Origin: Promethearchaeota archaeon
GTDB taxonomy: Archaea; Asgardarchaeota; Lokiarchaeia; Sigyniarchaeales; SOKP01
Length of the DNA stretch: 32,000 nucleotides
Direction of reading: 5' to 3'
Assembly (NCBI GenBank): GCA_030606485.1
Contig: JAUWGH010000007.1
Location: 224,161 to 256,160, forward strand
The stretch's first letter is position 1; every line of letters begins with the position of its first letter. Made by a program: the position numbers and the translations under genes. Shown here piece by piece: positions 17,316 to 27,138 of the stretch. Under the pieces are notes generated by a model. That model searched no databases. It saw only the letters and a list, made by a program, of their open reading frames with translations, and was not told where the DNA came from.

Positions 17316-20051
17316 CTATAAATCATTAGATTCAATATCTTCTATTTTTTTCTTTATTTCACTTAATTTCTCTATTGCTTTTAGTGGAGTAATATTGTTA
17401 ATATCGATATTATTAATAATTTCAAATAATTTAATATATTCTTCATTTATCTCATGTTTTACTTTCACAATTGGTTTAAAGAATGATGTTTGCACAGTTT
17501 TCCCGGTTTTTTTTATTTCTTTTTTCCTAGTTTTAGGAGTCAACTTCATTAAATTATTTCCATTTCTAATTGTTTCTCTAAAAGTATCATTTTTTTCTAT
17601 CTGTTCAAGGACCTTAAAAGCTCTTATAATTGTGTCTTCTGGGATCCCGGCAAGTCGTGCAATATGTATGCCATACGATTTATCTGTACTTCCTTCTTGA
17701 ACTTTTCTAATAAATGTTATGTTACCATCCTCATCTTCCTTTATATCTAAATGATAATTCTTTACTCGAGGAAGTTCAATTTCTGTTAGTTGGTGGAAAT
17801 GAGTAGAAAATAGAGTTTTTACTTTCATAGAATGTAATTTTTCTAAAGTTGCTATTGCTATTGCGCCTCCATCTGAGGATGATGTCCCTCTCCCTAACTC
17901 ATCAATGATTATAAGGCTTTTTGGAGTAGAATAATTAAGGATTTTTGCAGTTTCGTTCATTTCTATCATGAAAGTGCTTAATCGTCTCGCAAGGTCATCC
18001 GAGGCTCCAATTCTTGTAAAAATTCTGTCAATAATCCCAATTTCTGCCGATTTCGCTGGAACAAAACTCCCCATTTGTGCAATCAAACAAATTAATGCCA
18101 TTTGTCTTAAAAAAGTTGACTTACCAGCCATGTTAGGTCCGGTTATAATCAAAATTTGTTCTTTCTCCGTATCCATATAGCAATCATTAGGGATAAAGGG
18201 TTCAGAAAAATTAATTTGCTCAACAATGGGATGACGCCCTTCTTTAATAATAATTCTATCATCATCTCTTAAAATAGGTTTGCAGTAGTTATATTTTTCG
18301 GCAATTTCAGCAAAAGTACATAATACATCAATCATTGCAATTGATTCAGAAACATTTCCAATATCAACCGTTTGCATAACTACTTTCTCTCGTATTTCTG
18401 AAAATAGTTGATACTCCAAATCATTAATTTTTTCCTCAGCCGTTAGTATTTTTTCCTCCCATTCATTGAGTTCTTTGCTTTTATATCTTATAGCATTTTT
18501 AATAGATTGCCTTGAGATAAGCTCTTCGGGAAAATTTCTAATTTTGGATTTTGTAGTATTAGTAATTTCTATAAAATATCCTAAAATGTTGTTATGTGAT
18601 ACTTTAATCCCAGTTTGTATAGCAAAACGTCGTTTTAACGATTTCTCGAATTTTAACATCCAACTTTTTCCATTATTGATTATGTTTCGATACTCATCAA
18701 CCGTTTCATTATAACCTTCTTTAATTATTCCGCCTTCTTTTATGGTAGTTGGAGGATTTTCTGCAATGGAATTCTTAATTAAGTCTCGAATTACCGAAAA
18801 ATCTTTAATTTCTTTTAAAAAACTTTCTAACTCTGGAGTTTTTCCTTTTTTTAGCAAATCTATAATTTCTGGAATTACTTCAAGCGAATTTTTCAAATTT
18901 AATAAATCTCTCGCATTTGCAGAACGAGAAAAATTGAGTTTATTAATAATTCGCTCAAGATCCCCCATTTTTTCGAGTTTATCCCGAAGATCTGACCTTA
19001 AAAAAACATCATCCTTAAATTTTTGAACGATTTCTAATCGTTGGTTAATTTGATCTTTATTTATAAGTGGTTCTACAATAATTTTGGCTAATAAACGGCC
19101 ACCCATAGGCGTTTGAGTATGATTAAAAATGGAAAAAAGTGTTGCATCTTTTCCTCGGTCCCTAATATTCCTTAATAGTTCTAAATTTCTCTGAGTTGAA
19201 TAATCTAAATTTAATACTTCCTTTTGTTTAATAACCTTAATTTGAAAAATATTTGGTATAACATCTCTTTGAGTTTCCTTTAAAAATGCTAATAAACCAC
19301 CAGAGGCTTGTATTGCCATTTGTAAATTTTCTAAATCAAAAGATTCTAGATTACTCAAATTGAAATGCTTAATAATTATCGAATATCCATTTTCATATTC
19401 AAAAACATAATCCTGAAATTCCTTTATAATGCATTTACTAATATCTTTGATTTTAATTATGAAATCGTCATCCTGATAGAGGTTTAATGGTAATATAAGC
19501 TCAACAGGACAATAACGAGAAAAAATCGCGAAAAGATCTTCTTCAGCAATACCTTCTTTAGATTCGAATTGAGTGGTTGAAAATTCTCCCGTTGATAAGT
19601 CGGCAAATGCAATACCATAGCCTTTTTTACCTTTAACGATTGAAGAAATATAATTATTCTCATTTGTTTTTAACATATCCGATTCGATAATTGTTCCAGG
19701 TGACATTATCCTCACGATACCTCGTTTAACAATTCGTCCTCTAGCATCTGCTGGGTCCTCCAGCTGTTCTACGATTACAACAGTTTCTCCTAAATTAACA
19801 AGATTTTTAAAATAATTTCCAGAATGATGTGGAATGCCTGCTAATGGATACGAGTCTTTTCCTCCAAATGTTCTTCTAGTTAAAGTAATACCCAACAATT
19901 TAGAAATCCGAACGGCGTCGTCGTAAAAAAACTCAAAGAAGTCTCCCATTCGGTAAGCGATAAGATTATCAGGATACCGCTTCTTTACTGAATACCAATG
20001 TTTCATCATTGGCGTTAATTTACTTGACTTTAAGTCTCTAAACGACTCCAT
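17316..20051 (-). CDS. mutS: DNA mismatch repair protein MutS (MutS1)
   Basis: TPMMK, YRMGDFFE, TPMGGRLL, DLERI, GRHPIVE, ITGPNMAGKST, FTRIGASDD, STFMIEM, DELGRGTS, STHFH, SYGIHIARLAG. Confidence 0.97.
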   Translation of the reverse strand: MESFRDLKSSKLTPMMKHWYSVKKRYPDNLIAYRMGDFFEFFYDDAVRISKLLGITLTRRTFGGKDSYPLAGIPHHSGNYFKNLVNLGETVVIVEQLEDPADARGRIVKRGIVRIMSPGTIIESDMLKTNENNYISSIVKGKKGYGIAFADLSTGEFSTTQFESKEGIAEEDLFAIFSRYCPVELILPLNLYQDDDFIIKIKDISKCIIKEFQDYVFEYENGYSIIIKHFNLSNLESFDLENLQMAIQASGGLLAFLKETQRDVIPNIFQIKVIKQKEVLNLDYSTQRNLELLRNIRDRGKDATLFSIFNHTQTPMGGRLLAKIIVEPLINKDQINQRLEIVQKFKDDVFLRSDLRDKLEKMGDLERIINKLNFSRSANARDLLNLKNSLEVIPEIIDLLKKGKTPELESFLKEIKDFSVIRDLIKNSIAENPPTTIKEGGIIKEGYNETVDEYRNIINNGKSWMLKFEKSLKRRFAIQTGIKVSHNNILGYFIEITNTTKSKIRNFPEELISRQSIKNAIRYKSKELNEWEEKILTAEEKINDLEYQLFSEIREKVVMQTVDIGNVSESIAMIDVLCTFAEIAEKYNYCKPILRDDDRIIIKEGRHPIVEQINFSEPFIPNDCYMDTEKEQILIITGPNMAGKSTFLRQMALICLIAQMGSFVPAKSAEIGIIDRIFTRIGASDDLARRLSTFMIEMNETAKILNYSTPKSLIIIDELGRGTSSSDGGAIAIATLEKLHSMKVKTLFSTHFHQLTEIELPRVKNYHLDIKEDEDGNITFIRKVQEGSTDKSYGIHIARLAGIPEDTIIRAFKVLEQIEKNDTFRETIRNGNNLMKLTPKTRKKEIKKTGKTVQTSFFKPIVKVKHEINEEYIKLFEIINNIDINNITPLKAIEKLSEIKKKIEDIESNDL

Positions 20052-20231
20052 TGAAAATATTAAACCTGATTTCTATATGAGTGTTTTATTCTAATTTTAT
20101 TCTCTTAATTTAAATAAAATATCTCCGTTAAATTTTAATGATTTTTATTAAGATGATAACATAATACAAAGCTTTTTTTTAGATTTTAATTCTTTTTAAT
20201 TGAAAAATGATTAATAGAAGAAAGTTGTTTT

Positions 20232-21065
20232 ATGAAGCATCTAGAAAGTGAATTTGAGGGTATTAAAGGATTAAAAATATATTATCAAGCATGGTTTCCA
20301 GAAACTCCTAAGGCTGTTATTCAGATTGTACATGGATTTGGGAGTCATTCTGGCAGATATTTAAATATTGTAAATAAATTAGTTCCACTTGATTATGCAA
20401 TTTATGCCGATGATCATAGAGGTCACGGTAAATCCGAAGGAAAAAGAAATTATGCAGATTTTCTTGATCAGTATGTAGAAGATGAAAAATTGTTATATGA
20501 AATAATAAAAAAACAACATCCTAATTTACCAATTTTTATGCTGGGTCACTCTATGGGTTCATTTATTGCGTTATATTTCACAAAGAAATATGAAAATTTG
20601 TTAAATGGTCTTATCCTTTCGGGCACAGGTACAAAAGCTGGCAGAAAAGTAAGTAGATTTTTAAAATTTATGGCTAAACTCTTCTCAAAAATTGCGCCAC
20701 ATATGAAAATGAGTACAGGACTTGATGCAAAATTACTCAGCCACGACCCTGAAGTAGTAAGAAATTACGAACAAGACCCCCTAGTTCATACCGATAAAAT
20801 TCCTATGAGACTTAGCTATGAGGTGTTAAAATATTTCAATGAAGTTCAAACATTTGTGAATACTTTTAAACTTCCATTATTAGTTCAATGTGGCTCAGAA
20901 GATAAATTAACCGCAGGAACAGAAATTCTTAAAGACATATTTAAAATGGAAGATAAAACCATTATTATTTACGATGGTTTATATCACGAGGTATATAATG
21001 AAGTAGAAGAAGATCGGGAAAAGGTCTTAAAAGATCTTAGCGATTGGTTAGAAAATCATATTTAA
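20232..21065 (+). CDS. Alpha/beta hydrolase, lysophospholipase/monoacylglycerol lipase-like (copy 1)
   Basis: HG..HSGRY, DHRGHGKS, GHSMG nucleophile, EDKL acid, YHE His. Confidence 0.92.
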   Translation: MKHLESEFEGIKGLKIYYQAWFPETPKAVIQIVHGFGSHSGRYLNIVNKLVPLDYAIYADDHRGHGKSEGKRNYADFLDQYVEDEKLLYEIIKKQHPNLPIFMLGHSMGSFIALYFTKKYENLLNGLILSGTGTKAGRKVSRFLKFMAKLFSKIAPHMKMSTGLDAKLLSHDPEVVRNYEQDPLVHTDKIPMRLSYEVLKYFNEVQTFVNTFKLPLLVQCGSEDKLTAGTEILKDIFKMEDKTIIIYDGLYHEVYNEVEEDREKVLKDLSDWLENHI

Positions 21066-21187
21066 ATAATTTTATCAGAATAAAAAATGAAAATTAAAAA
21101 TGGAATTTAATAACTAATATAAAACTTTATTTTTTGATATCGATTCTAATTATTTAAAATTTAATATAAAAAAATTGAGGTTATTAT

Positions 21188-22024
21188 ATGGAACATGTAG
21201 AGAGTGAATTTATAGGTATAAAAGACTTAAAAATTTATTATCAAGCATGGCTTCCAGAATCTCCTAAAGCAGTTGTTCAGATTGCTCATGGGGGTTTTGA
21301 ACATTCTGGAAGATATTTAAACGTAGTTAATGAATTAGTGCCACGAGGCTATGCAATTTATGCCAATGATCACCGTGGTCATGGCAAATCCGATGGAGAA
21401 ATAAATTATGTAGACACTTTTGATCAATATATAGAAGATCAAAAATTATTATATAATAATATAAAAGAACGATATCCAAATTTACCAATTTTTATGCTGG
21501 GTCACTCTATGGGCTCATTAATTGCCATGTATTTTACAAAAAAATATGAAAATTTTTTAGCAGGACTTATTCTATCCGGGACTGGTATAAGTACAGGTGG
21601 AGAAGTAAGTGGATTATTAAAATTTATGGCTAAATTATTCTCCAAAATTGCCCCGCACATGAAAATTGATCCAAAACTTGATGCAAAATTTCTCAGTCAC
21701 GACCCTAAAGTAGTAATCGCTTATGAACAAGACCCTTTAGTACATGCAAAAAAAATTACTGCAAAACTTGGATATGAAATGTTGAAATTTTTTAAAGATA
21801 TTCCAACTATTATTGATAATTTTAAACTTCCATTATTAATTCAATGTGGATCTGAAGATAAGCTACTGGCAGGAGCCGAAGTTCTTAAAGATATGTTTAC
21901 AATGGAAGACAAAACTATTAAAATTTACGATGGTTTGTATCACGAAGTATATAATGAAGTAGAAGAAGATAGGAAAAAAGTTTTAAAAGATCTTAGCGAT
22001 TGGTTAGAAAAACATGTTGAATAA
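21188..22024 (+). CDS. Alpha/beta hydrolase, lysophospholipase/monoacylglycerol lipase-like (copy 2, tandem paralogue)
   Basis: Same motifs; colinear and highly similar to copy 1. Confidence 0.92.
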   Translation: MEHVESEFIGIKDLKIYYQAWLPESPKAVVQIAHGGFEHSGRYLNVVNELVPRGYAIYANDHRGHGKSDGEINYVDTFDQYIEDQKLLYNNIKERYPNLPIFMLGHSMGSLIAMYFTKKYENFLAGLILSGTGISTGGEVSGLLKFMAKLFSKIAPHMKIDPKLDAKFLSHDPKVVIAYEQDPLVHAKKITAKLGYEMLKFFKDIPTIIDNFKLPLLIQCGSEDKLLAGAEVLKDMFTMEDKTIKIYDGLYHEVYNEVEEDRKKVLKDLSDWLEKHVE

Positions 22025-22180
22025 ATTCTGATATAGAACTAAAAAAGCGTAGTGAATTTTAGAAAATTTCTAATAAACTTATGTATTATTATCAGTAAAT
22101 TTTTAATTCATTTTTTTATTATTTTTTAAGAACCTCCTATAAAAAATTTAATTTTCAACATAAAAAGTTAGTAACAAAAA

Positions 22181-22777
22181 ATGTCGGATGCAGAAGAAAT
22201 AACTGAGATTGTTTTTTATGGCCGAGGAGGTCAAGGATGTGTATTAGCATCCCAAATAATTGTAGAAGCAGCCTACATAAGCGGTAACTATAAAGATGTT
22301 GTTGCATTTCCATCATTTGGAGCTGAACGGAGAGGAGCTCCAGTTCAAGCATTTGCCCGTATTTCAAAAAATAAAAAAATTTGGACTCGAGCGCAAATTA
22401 AACGTCCAGATATTGCTATTGTTTTAGATGAGACGGTTATAACTCCGGATATTATTAAAAATATTAAAGAAAATGGAATATTAATAATTAATTCTGAAAA
22501 AACACCTGAAGCATTAAAGAATTTTTATAATCTCGCTAACAAAATGAAAATTGCATCTGCGAATATTAATAAATTTTGTATTGAAAGAGATCTGTATTTA
22601 GAAGATATTCCCATAGTTAATACTCCGATTTTAGGGGTATTAACAAAGGCTTTAGATTCTATTGATTTGGAATCCATGAAAAAAGCTATAATAAAAGTAA
22701 TGGGGGAAAAAAAGGGAGAATCTAACAGTTCTCTTGCTGAAGAGGCAGTAAAACTTACATTGCTCCTCAATTTTTGA
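22181..22777 (+). CDS. porG: 2-oxoacid (pyruvate/ketoisovalerate):ferredoxin oxidoreductase gamma subunit
   Basis: GRGGQG, FPSFGAERRGAPV, NT..LG. Confidence 0.88.
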   Translation: MSDAEEITEIVFYGRGGQGCVLASQIIVEAAYISGNYKDVVAFPSFGAERRGAPVQAFARISKNKKIWTRAQIKRPDIAIVLDETVITPDIIKNIKENGILIINSEKTPEALKNFYNLANKMKIASANINKFCIERDLYLEDIPIVNTPILGVLTKALDSIDLESMKKAIIKVMGEKKGESNSSLAEEAVKLTLLLNF

Positions 22778-22862
22778 AATAAATTCTTTATACTGATTCT
22801 AATTTAAGTCTGTATTTCAATTATTAAGAAAAAAATCATAAAAAAAATAAAAAGGAAGAAAA

Positions 22863-23159
22863 ATGGTTGATCAAAAAGTTCATGAAATAATATTAGCATC
22901 CATTCAAAAGCCAGTTGTGGGAGAGGCTGGAAAAACTGGTTCTTGGAGTAGATTCAAGCCAAAAATAGATCTTGATAAATGTACTGTTGTGAAAATGAAT
23001 AAAGATGTTTGTCACTTTTGTTGGTTATATTGTCCCGAGCCTATTATAAGCCGAACAATCCCTCCAAAAATAAATTATGAATATTGTAAAGGTTGTGGAA
23101 TTTGTGCGGAAGTGTGTCCGCCAAAAGCAATAAAAATGGTTGAGGAGAGTGAATTATGA
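22863..23159 (+). CDS. porD: 2-oxoacid:ferredoxin oxidoreductase delta subunit (2x[4Fe-4S])
   Basis: KTGSW..FKP, C..CHFCWLYCP, CKGCGICAEVCP. Confidence 0.88.
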   Translation: MVDQKVHEIILASIQKPVVGEAGKTGSWSRFKPKIDLDKCTVVKMNKDVCHFCWLYCPEPIISRTIPPKINYEYCKGCGICAEVCPPKAIKMVEESEL

Positions 23160-24412
23160 CAAACGTGGAAGAATATCAAGTTATGACCGGAAATCATGCA
23201 GCAGCTAATGCATGTAAGGGCGCTAGAGTTCAAGTTGTAGCAGCATATCCCATCACACCACAGAGTCCAGTCGTTGAAAAAATTTCATTTTTTATAGAAA
23301 ATGGGGAGTTAAATGCGCGTATGGTTAGAGTAGAATCAGAACAATCTGCTCTCACCGCATGTGTGGCGGCATCTGCCACAGGTGTTCGAGTGTATACTGC
23401 AACATCTTCTCATGGATTATTATTAATGTATGAGATTTTATGTTGGGCAGCAGGAAATCGTTTACCTATTGTTATGAATATTGCTATGAGATCTGTTGGA
23501 GCACCATGGTCTGTGTGGACTGATCACCAAGATGCATTCACAGTTAGAGATACTGGATGGATACAAATGTTTTGTGAAGATAATCAAGAAATTTATGATA
23601 CTAACTTGCAAGCATATAGAATTGCAGAAGATCCCAGTGTTTATGTCCCAACTTTTGTAAATTATGACGGATATATATTATCCCATACTTCCATGTTAGT
23701 TAAATTGGAACCCCAAAAAAAAATTGATGAATTTTTACCCCCATTGAAGCATCATCTTAACTTAGGAGATATGAATGTTGTAATGGGAGTTTGTCCTGTT
23801 ACAACTCCAAATATAGTTAAAAGAGCGGAGGGAACTGCACCTGGGTATTATGAGTTTCGATATTCACTTCAACGCTCTATAGAAAATTCTATAAATAAAG
23901 TTAAAGAAGTTCATGATTTATTTGCAGAAAAATTCGGCCGTTCCTATGGAAATGGAATTTATAAAACGTATAGAGCAGAAGATGCCGAGATGTATATTTT
24001 TGCAGTTGGTTCTGTTGCTTCAGAATCACGTTTAGCTATCGACAAATTGAGAGAAAAAGGCGTAAAAATTGGGCTTATAAGTTTAAAATTATTCAGACCT
24101 TTTCCCACTAAATATCTTCGGGAACTTTTTAAAGATGCAAAATTAATAGTAGTGTTCGATAGAGACATCGGTTATGGTTATGAAGGAATTCTCTGTTATG
24201 AATTGAAGAGTGCATTGTACCAATCGATAAATAGACCGTTTATCAAAGGATATATTGTAGGACTAGGTGGTAGAGATGTAAATGCTGAGGATCTAATCAA
24301 TGGAGTTTATAGATCGATTGACTTAGAGAAAAAAAATGAATATTCTGAACAAACAGAATTTATTGGATTAAAACTTGATGAACTGGATTTCTTACAAAAG
24401 GAGGTAAAATAA
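23156..24412 (+). CDS. porA: 2-oxoacid:ferredoxin oxidoreductase alpha subunit
   Basis: AAYPITPQS, VESEQSA, TATSSHGL, D..QEIYD, FRPFP, GLGGRD; ATGA overlap with the delta gene. Confidence 0.9.
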   Translation: MTNVEEYQVMTGNHAAANACKGARVQVVAAYPITPQSPVVEKISFFIENGELNARMVRVESEQSALTACVAASATGVRVYTATSSHGLLLMYEILCWAAGNRLPIVMNIAMRSVGAPWSVWTDHQDAFTVRDTGWIQMFCEDNQEIYDTNLQAYRIAEDPSVYVPTFVNYDGYILSHTSMLVKLEPQKKIDEFLPPLKHHLNLGDMNVVMGVCPVTTPNIVKRAEGTAPGYYEFRYSLQRSIENSINKVKEVHDLFAEKFGRSYGNGIYKTYRAEDAEMYIFAVGSVASESRLAIDKLREKGVKIGLISLKLFRPFPTKYLRELFKDAKLIVVFDRDIGYGYEGILCYELKSALYQSINRPFIKGYIVGLGGRDVNAEDLINGVYRSIDLEKKNEYSEQTEFIGLKLDELDFLQKEVK

Positions 24413-24415
24413 AAA

Positions 24416-25339
24416 ATGGCTGATAAAGTTAAATTATATGACATTCCTGAAGAGGAATTTTTATTACCCGGGAATCGTATGTGCGCTGGTTGTGGATTAT
24501 CACTTATATATCGCACAGCTTTAAAAGCTCTAGGTCCCAATACAATTATTACAGTTCCTGCTTCATGTCTTACTGTGTTGCATGGGATGCAAGGATTTAC
24601 AAGTGTTGATAAAATATCAGTTCTTAATACACCATTTGCTACTGTAGCAGCAAGCGCAAGTGGAATCGAGGCAGCCTTGGAAGCTATGGGAAAAGATGAT
24701 GAGGTTACCTGTGTTGCATTCGCAGGTGATGGAGGGACTACGGATATTGGAATTCAAGGTTTAAGCGGAGCGGCAGAAAGAAGAACCAATTTTATTTATG
24801 CTTGCTATGATAATGAAGCTTATATGAATACAGGCGTTCAGCGTTCCGGATCAACTCCTTATGGTTCATTTACTACAACAACTCCAATATATGGAAAAAC
24901 AGAACATAAAAAAAATATGCCAAAAATTTTAGAAGCTCATGATATTCCTTACGTAGCAACTTCTTGCGCAGCTTATCCATTAGATATTTATGCAAAATTC
25001 AAAAGAGCTAAGAAAATTAAGGGAACAAAATATATTCATATTTTATCTCCTTGCCCACCAGGTTGGGGATTTTCCACAAAAGATACGATTAAAATGGGAA
25101 AATTAGCTGTTGAAACGGGATTTTGGCCATTATATGAGATTGAAAATGGAAAGTTCTCATTATCTACTCCAAGTAAAAGGCTTTTAGATCCAGCAAAGCG
25201 AAAACCAATTGAAGAGTATTTGTCCACTCAAAAGAGATTTAATAGATTAAGCAATGAAGATATAGAAGAATATAAACGCTATATTAATCAGTCATGGGAA
25301 TATATTAAAAGTAAAAATTTAACTACACAACTTCTTTAA
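24416..25339 (+). CDS. porB: 2-oxoacid:ferredoxin oxidoreductase beta subunit (TPP-binding)
   Basis: CAGCG, GDGGTTDIG..YDNEAYMNTG.QRS.STP, SPCPPGW. Confidence 0.9.
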   Translation: MADKVKLYDIPEEEFLLPGNRMCAGCGLSLIYRTALKALGPNTIITVPASCLTVLHGMQGFTSVDKISVLNTPFATVAASASGIEAALEAMGKDDEVTCVAFAGDGGTTDIGIQGLSGAAERRTNFIYACYDNEAYMNTGVQRSGSTPYGSFTTTTPIYGKTEHKKNMPKILEAHDIPYVATSCAAYPLDIYAKFKRAKKIKGTKYIHILSPCPPGWGFSTKDTIKMGKLAVETGFWPLYEIENGKFSLSTPSKRLLDPAKRKPIEEYLSTQKRFNRLSNEDIEEYKRYINQSWEYIKSKNLTTQLL

Positions 25340-25376
25340 AATTTTAATAATAACAATTTAATTACAAATCCTACAC

Positions 25377-26135
25377 ATGAAAATATTTATTTTTGATGAA
25401 AATTTAGAAAACTGGGTTGAAGAAGAAACCAGCCTTTTACTTCATGATCTTGCAATATTTTTAGATGAGAAGAATAAAATTGTATATTTATGGCAAGGTC
25501 CAAAATCAAAAAAGAAAAAGAAGGAGCTTGGTTTTAAATTACTATCATTAATACAAGAGAAGTATCAAAATTTTAAACTTAAAATTTTAAAAGATAACAT
25601 TCCACCAGAAATTCATACACAATTAATGAACTTATTGAAAAAATTTGGTAAAAAAGAGAAAATAATCTTGAATAGAACCATTTATTTAAAACTTTATCTG
25701 ATATTCGGACTAATTGGAACTATTTTCTCATTTATATATTATCTTAACCTATTATCGTCATTATCATGGGTTCAAACAAATGGAAGCTTACAAATTAATG
25801 CACAAATATATGATAGGTGGATTTTAACTTCTCAAATTTTAATTATCATATTTCTCCTTATTTTTATTGGAAATCAAACCCTATCCTTCATAATAAATCG
25901 CGTTATATCAATTATAATCGCAATGATTGGGGTTATTATGTCAATAGGTTTTCTACTATATATCTCCCAAGGAATTTTTCTTTTCTTATTTCAATCTGGC
26001 TCGACGACAATAATATATTTAATTTCTAAAAGTGATTTAGGAATATTTTTACTTATAAATTTTATTGGAATTATAATCTTGGTTTTCCCTACTATATACT
26101 CTATTTTTTGGATATTTAAACATTCAAAAGCTTGA
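25377..26135 (+). CDS. Gelsolin-like domain fused to about four transmembrane helices
   Basis: Residues ~1-88 match the gelsolin repeat pattern (HDLAIFLDEKNKIVYLWQGPKS followed by a long helix). Residues ~102-247 contain four hydrophobic spans. Confidence 0.72.
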   Translation: MKIFIFDENLENWVEEETSLLLHDLAIFLDEKNKIVYLWQGPKSKKKKKELGFKLLSLIQEKYQNFKLKILKDNIPPEIHTQLMNLLKKFGKKEKIILNRTIYLKLYLIFGLIGTIFSFIYYLNLLSSLSWVQTNGSLQINAQIYDRWILTSQILIIIFLLIFIGNQTLSFIINRVISIIIAMIGVIMSIGFLLYISQGIFLFLFQSGSTTIIYLISKSDLGIFLLINFIGIIILVFPTIYSIFWIFKHSKA

Positions 26136-26248
26136 TGAAAAATAATACCTTAAATATTCAATCATGAATTTACCTTAATAATAAATTATTTCAATTGTAT
26201 TAGTTAAATTGAGTATATTTACAATATAAATTAAAGAGAAACTAAGGT

Positions 26249-27121
26249 TTGGAAGTAGCTAAAATTATAAAATCAATGGAAAAGGAAGATTTCCGCGTAT
26301 TAAGAGCGATTGAACGGGGTATGAGAAGAGCTGCCACCGTAAAAATGAGTAATATCTGCTTTTTTTCTAAATTGAAAATGGAGGAAGTTTTATTCCGTCT
26401 CAATAAAATTCATAAAAATAATTTAATAATTCGTGATTCTACAGGTGAGACTAGTTATAAATTAAATTCAATTGGGTATGATATGCTCGCTTTTCATATT
26501 TTAGTTGGACAAGGAATAATCTCTCAACTCGGGGTAGAGATCGGGAAAGGAAAAGAAGCAGATGTATATAAGTGCATAAACGATGATAATGAAGAAATGA
26601 CTATGAAAATCTTTAGAATTGGTCGGACAAGTTTCCGAAAGGTAAAACAATTAAGAATATTTGTCGGTGAAAGACGCCATTTTTCCTGGCTTTACATTAA
26701 TCGACTTGCTGCTATGCGAGAATATGAAGCCCTTTCAAAAATTGCTCCATTAGGATTAAATATTCCAAAACCAATTGGAATCAATCGTCATATTATAATA
26801 ATGGAATTTATTGAAGGAACAGAACTTAATAATCTCATCGAAATAGAAGATCCGGTATTTATTTTTGAAGATATAATTAATCAAATAAGTCTTATTTATA
26901 AAAATGTGGGTATAATTCACGGAGATCTCGGAGAATTTAATGTTTTAATCAATTCTGTAGGGGATATTCTGATCATTGATTGGCCACAGTGGATCCCCAA
27001 GAACCATCCCAATGGATTATCAATTTTGAAAAGAGATATTGAAAATATATGTTTATTTTTTAAAAAGAGATTTAAAGTAGAGAGTAATACCGAAGAAATT
27101 TTGAAATCTATTATTTCTTAA
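26249..27121 (+). CDS. rio2: RIO2 atypical Ser/Thr kinase
   Basis: N-terminal winged helix (DFRVLRAIE.GMR), GKGKEADVY, KIFRIGRTSFR, A.REYEAL, IHGDLGEFNV, IDWPQ; TTG start. Confidence 0.93.
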   Translation: MEVAKIIKSMEKEDFRVLRAIERGMRRAATVKMSNICFFSKLKMEEVLFRLNKIHKNNLIIRDSTGETSYKLNSIGYDMLAFHILVGQGIISQLGVEIGKGKEADVYKCINDDNEEMTMKIFRIGRTSFRKVKQLRIFVGERRHFSWLYINRLAAMREYEALSKIAPLGLNIPKPIGINRHIIIMEFIEGTELNNLIEIEDPVFIFEDIINQISLIYKNVGIIHGDLGEFNVLINSVGDILIIDWPQWIPKNHPNGLSILKRDIENICLFFKKRFKVESNTEEILKSIIS

Positions 27122-27138
27122 AATATTTATTCAAGATC

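Noticed and set aside
15598-19026. Plus-strand ORFs within mutL/mutS (including the 187-aa 16072-16635)
   Set aside because: Fully antisense to well-conserved genes, with no motifs.
22155-25227. Minus-strand ORFs across the por operon
   Set aside because: Antisense shadows.
25817-26029. 70-aa alternative-frame ORF inside the gelsolin-TM gene
   Set aside because: Off-frame overlap with low-complexity Asn/Tyr content; the main frame is continuous.
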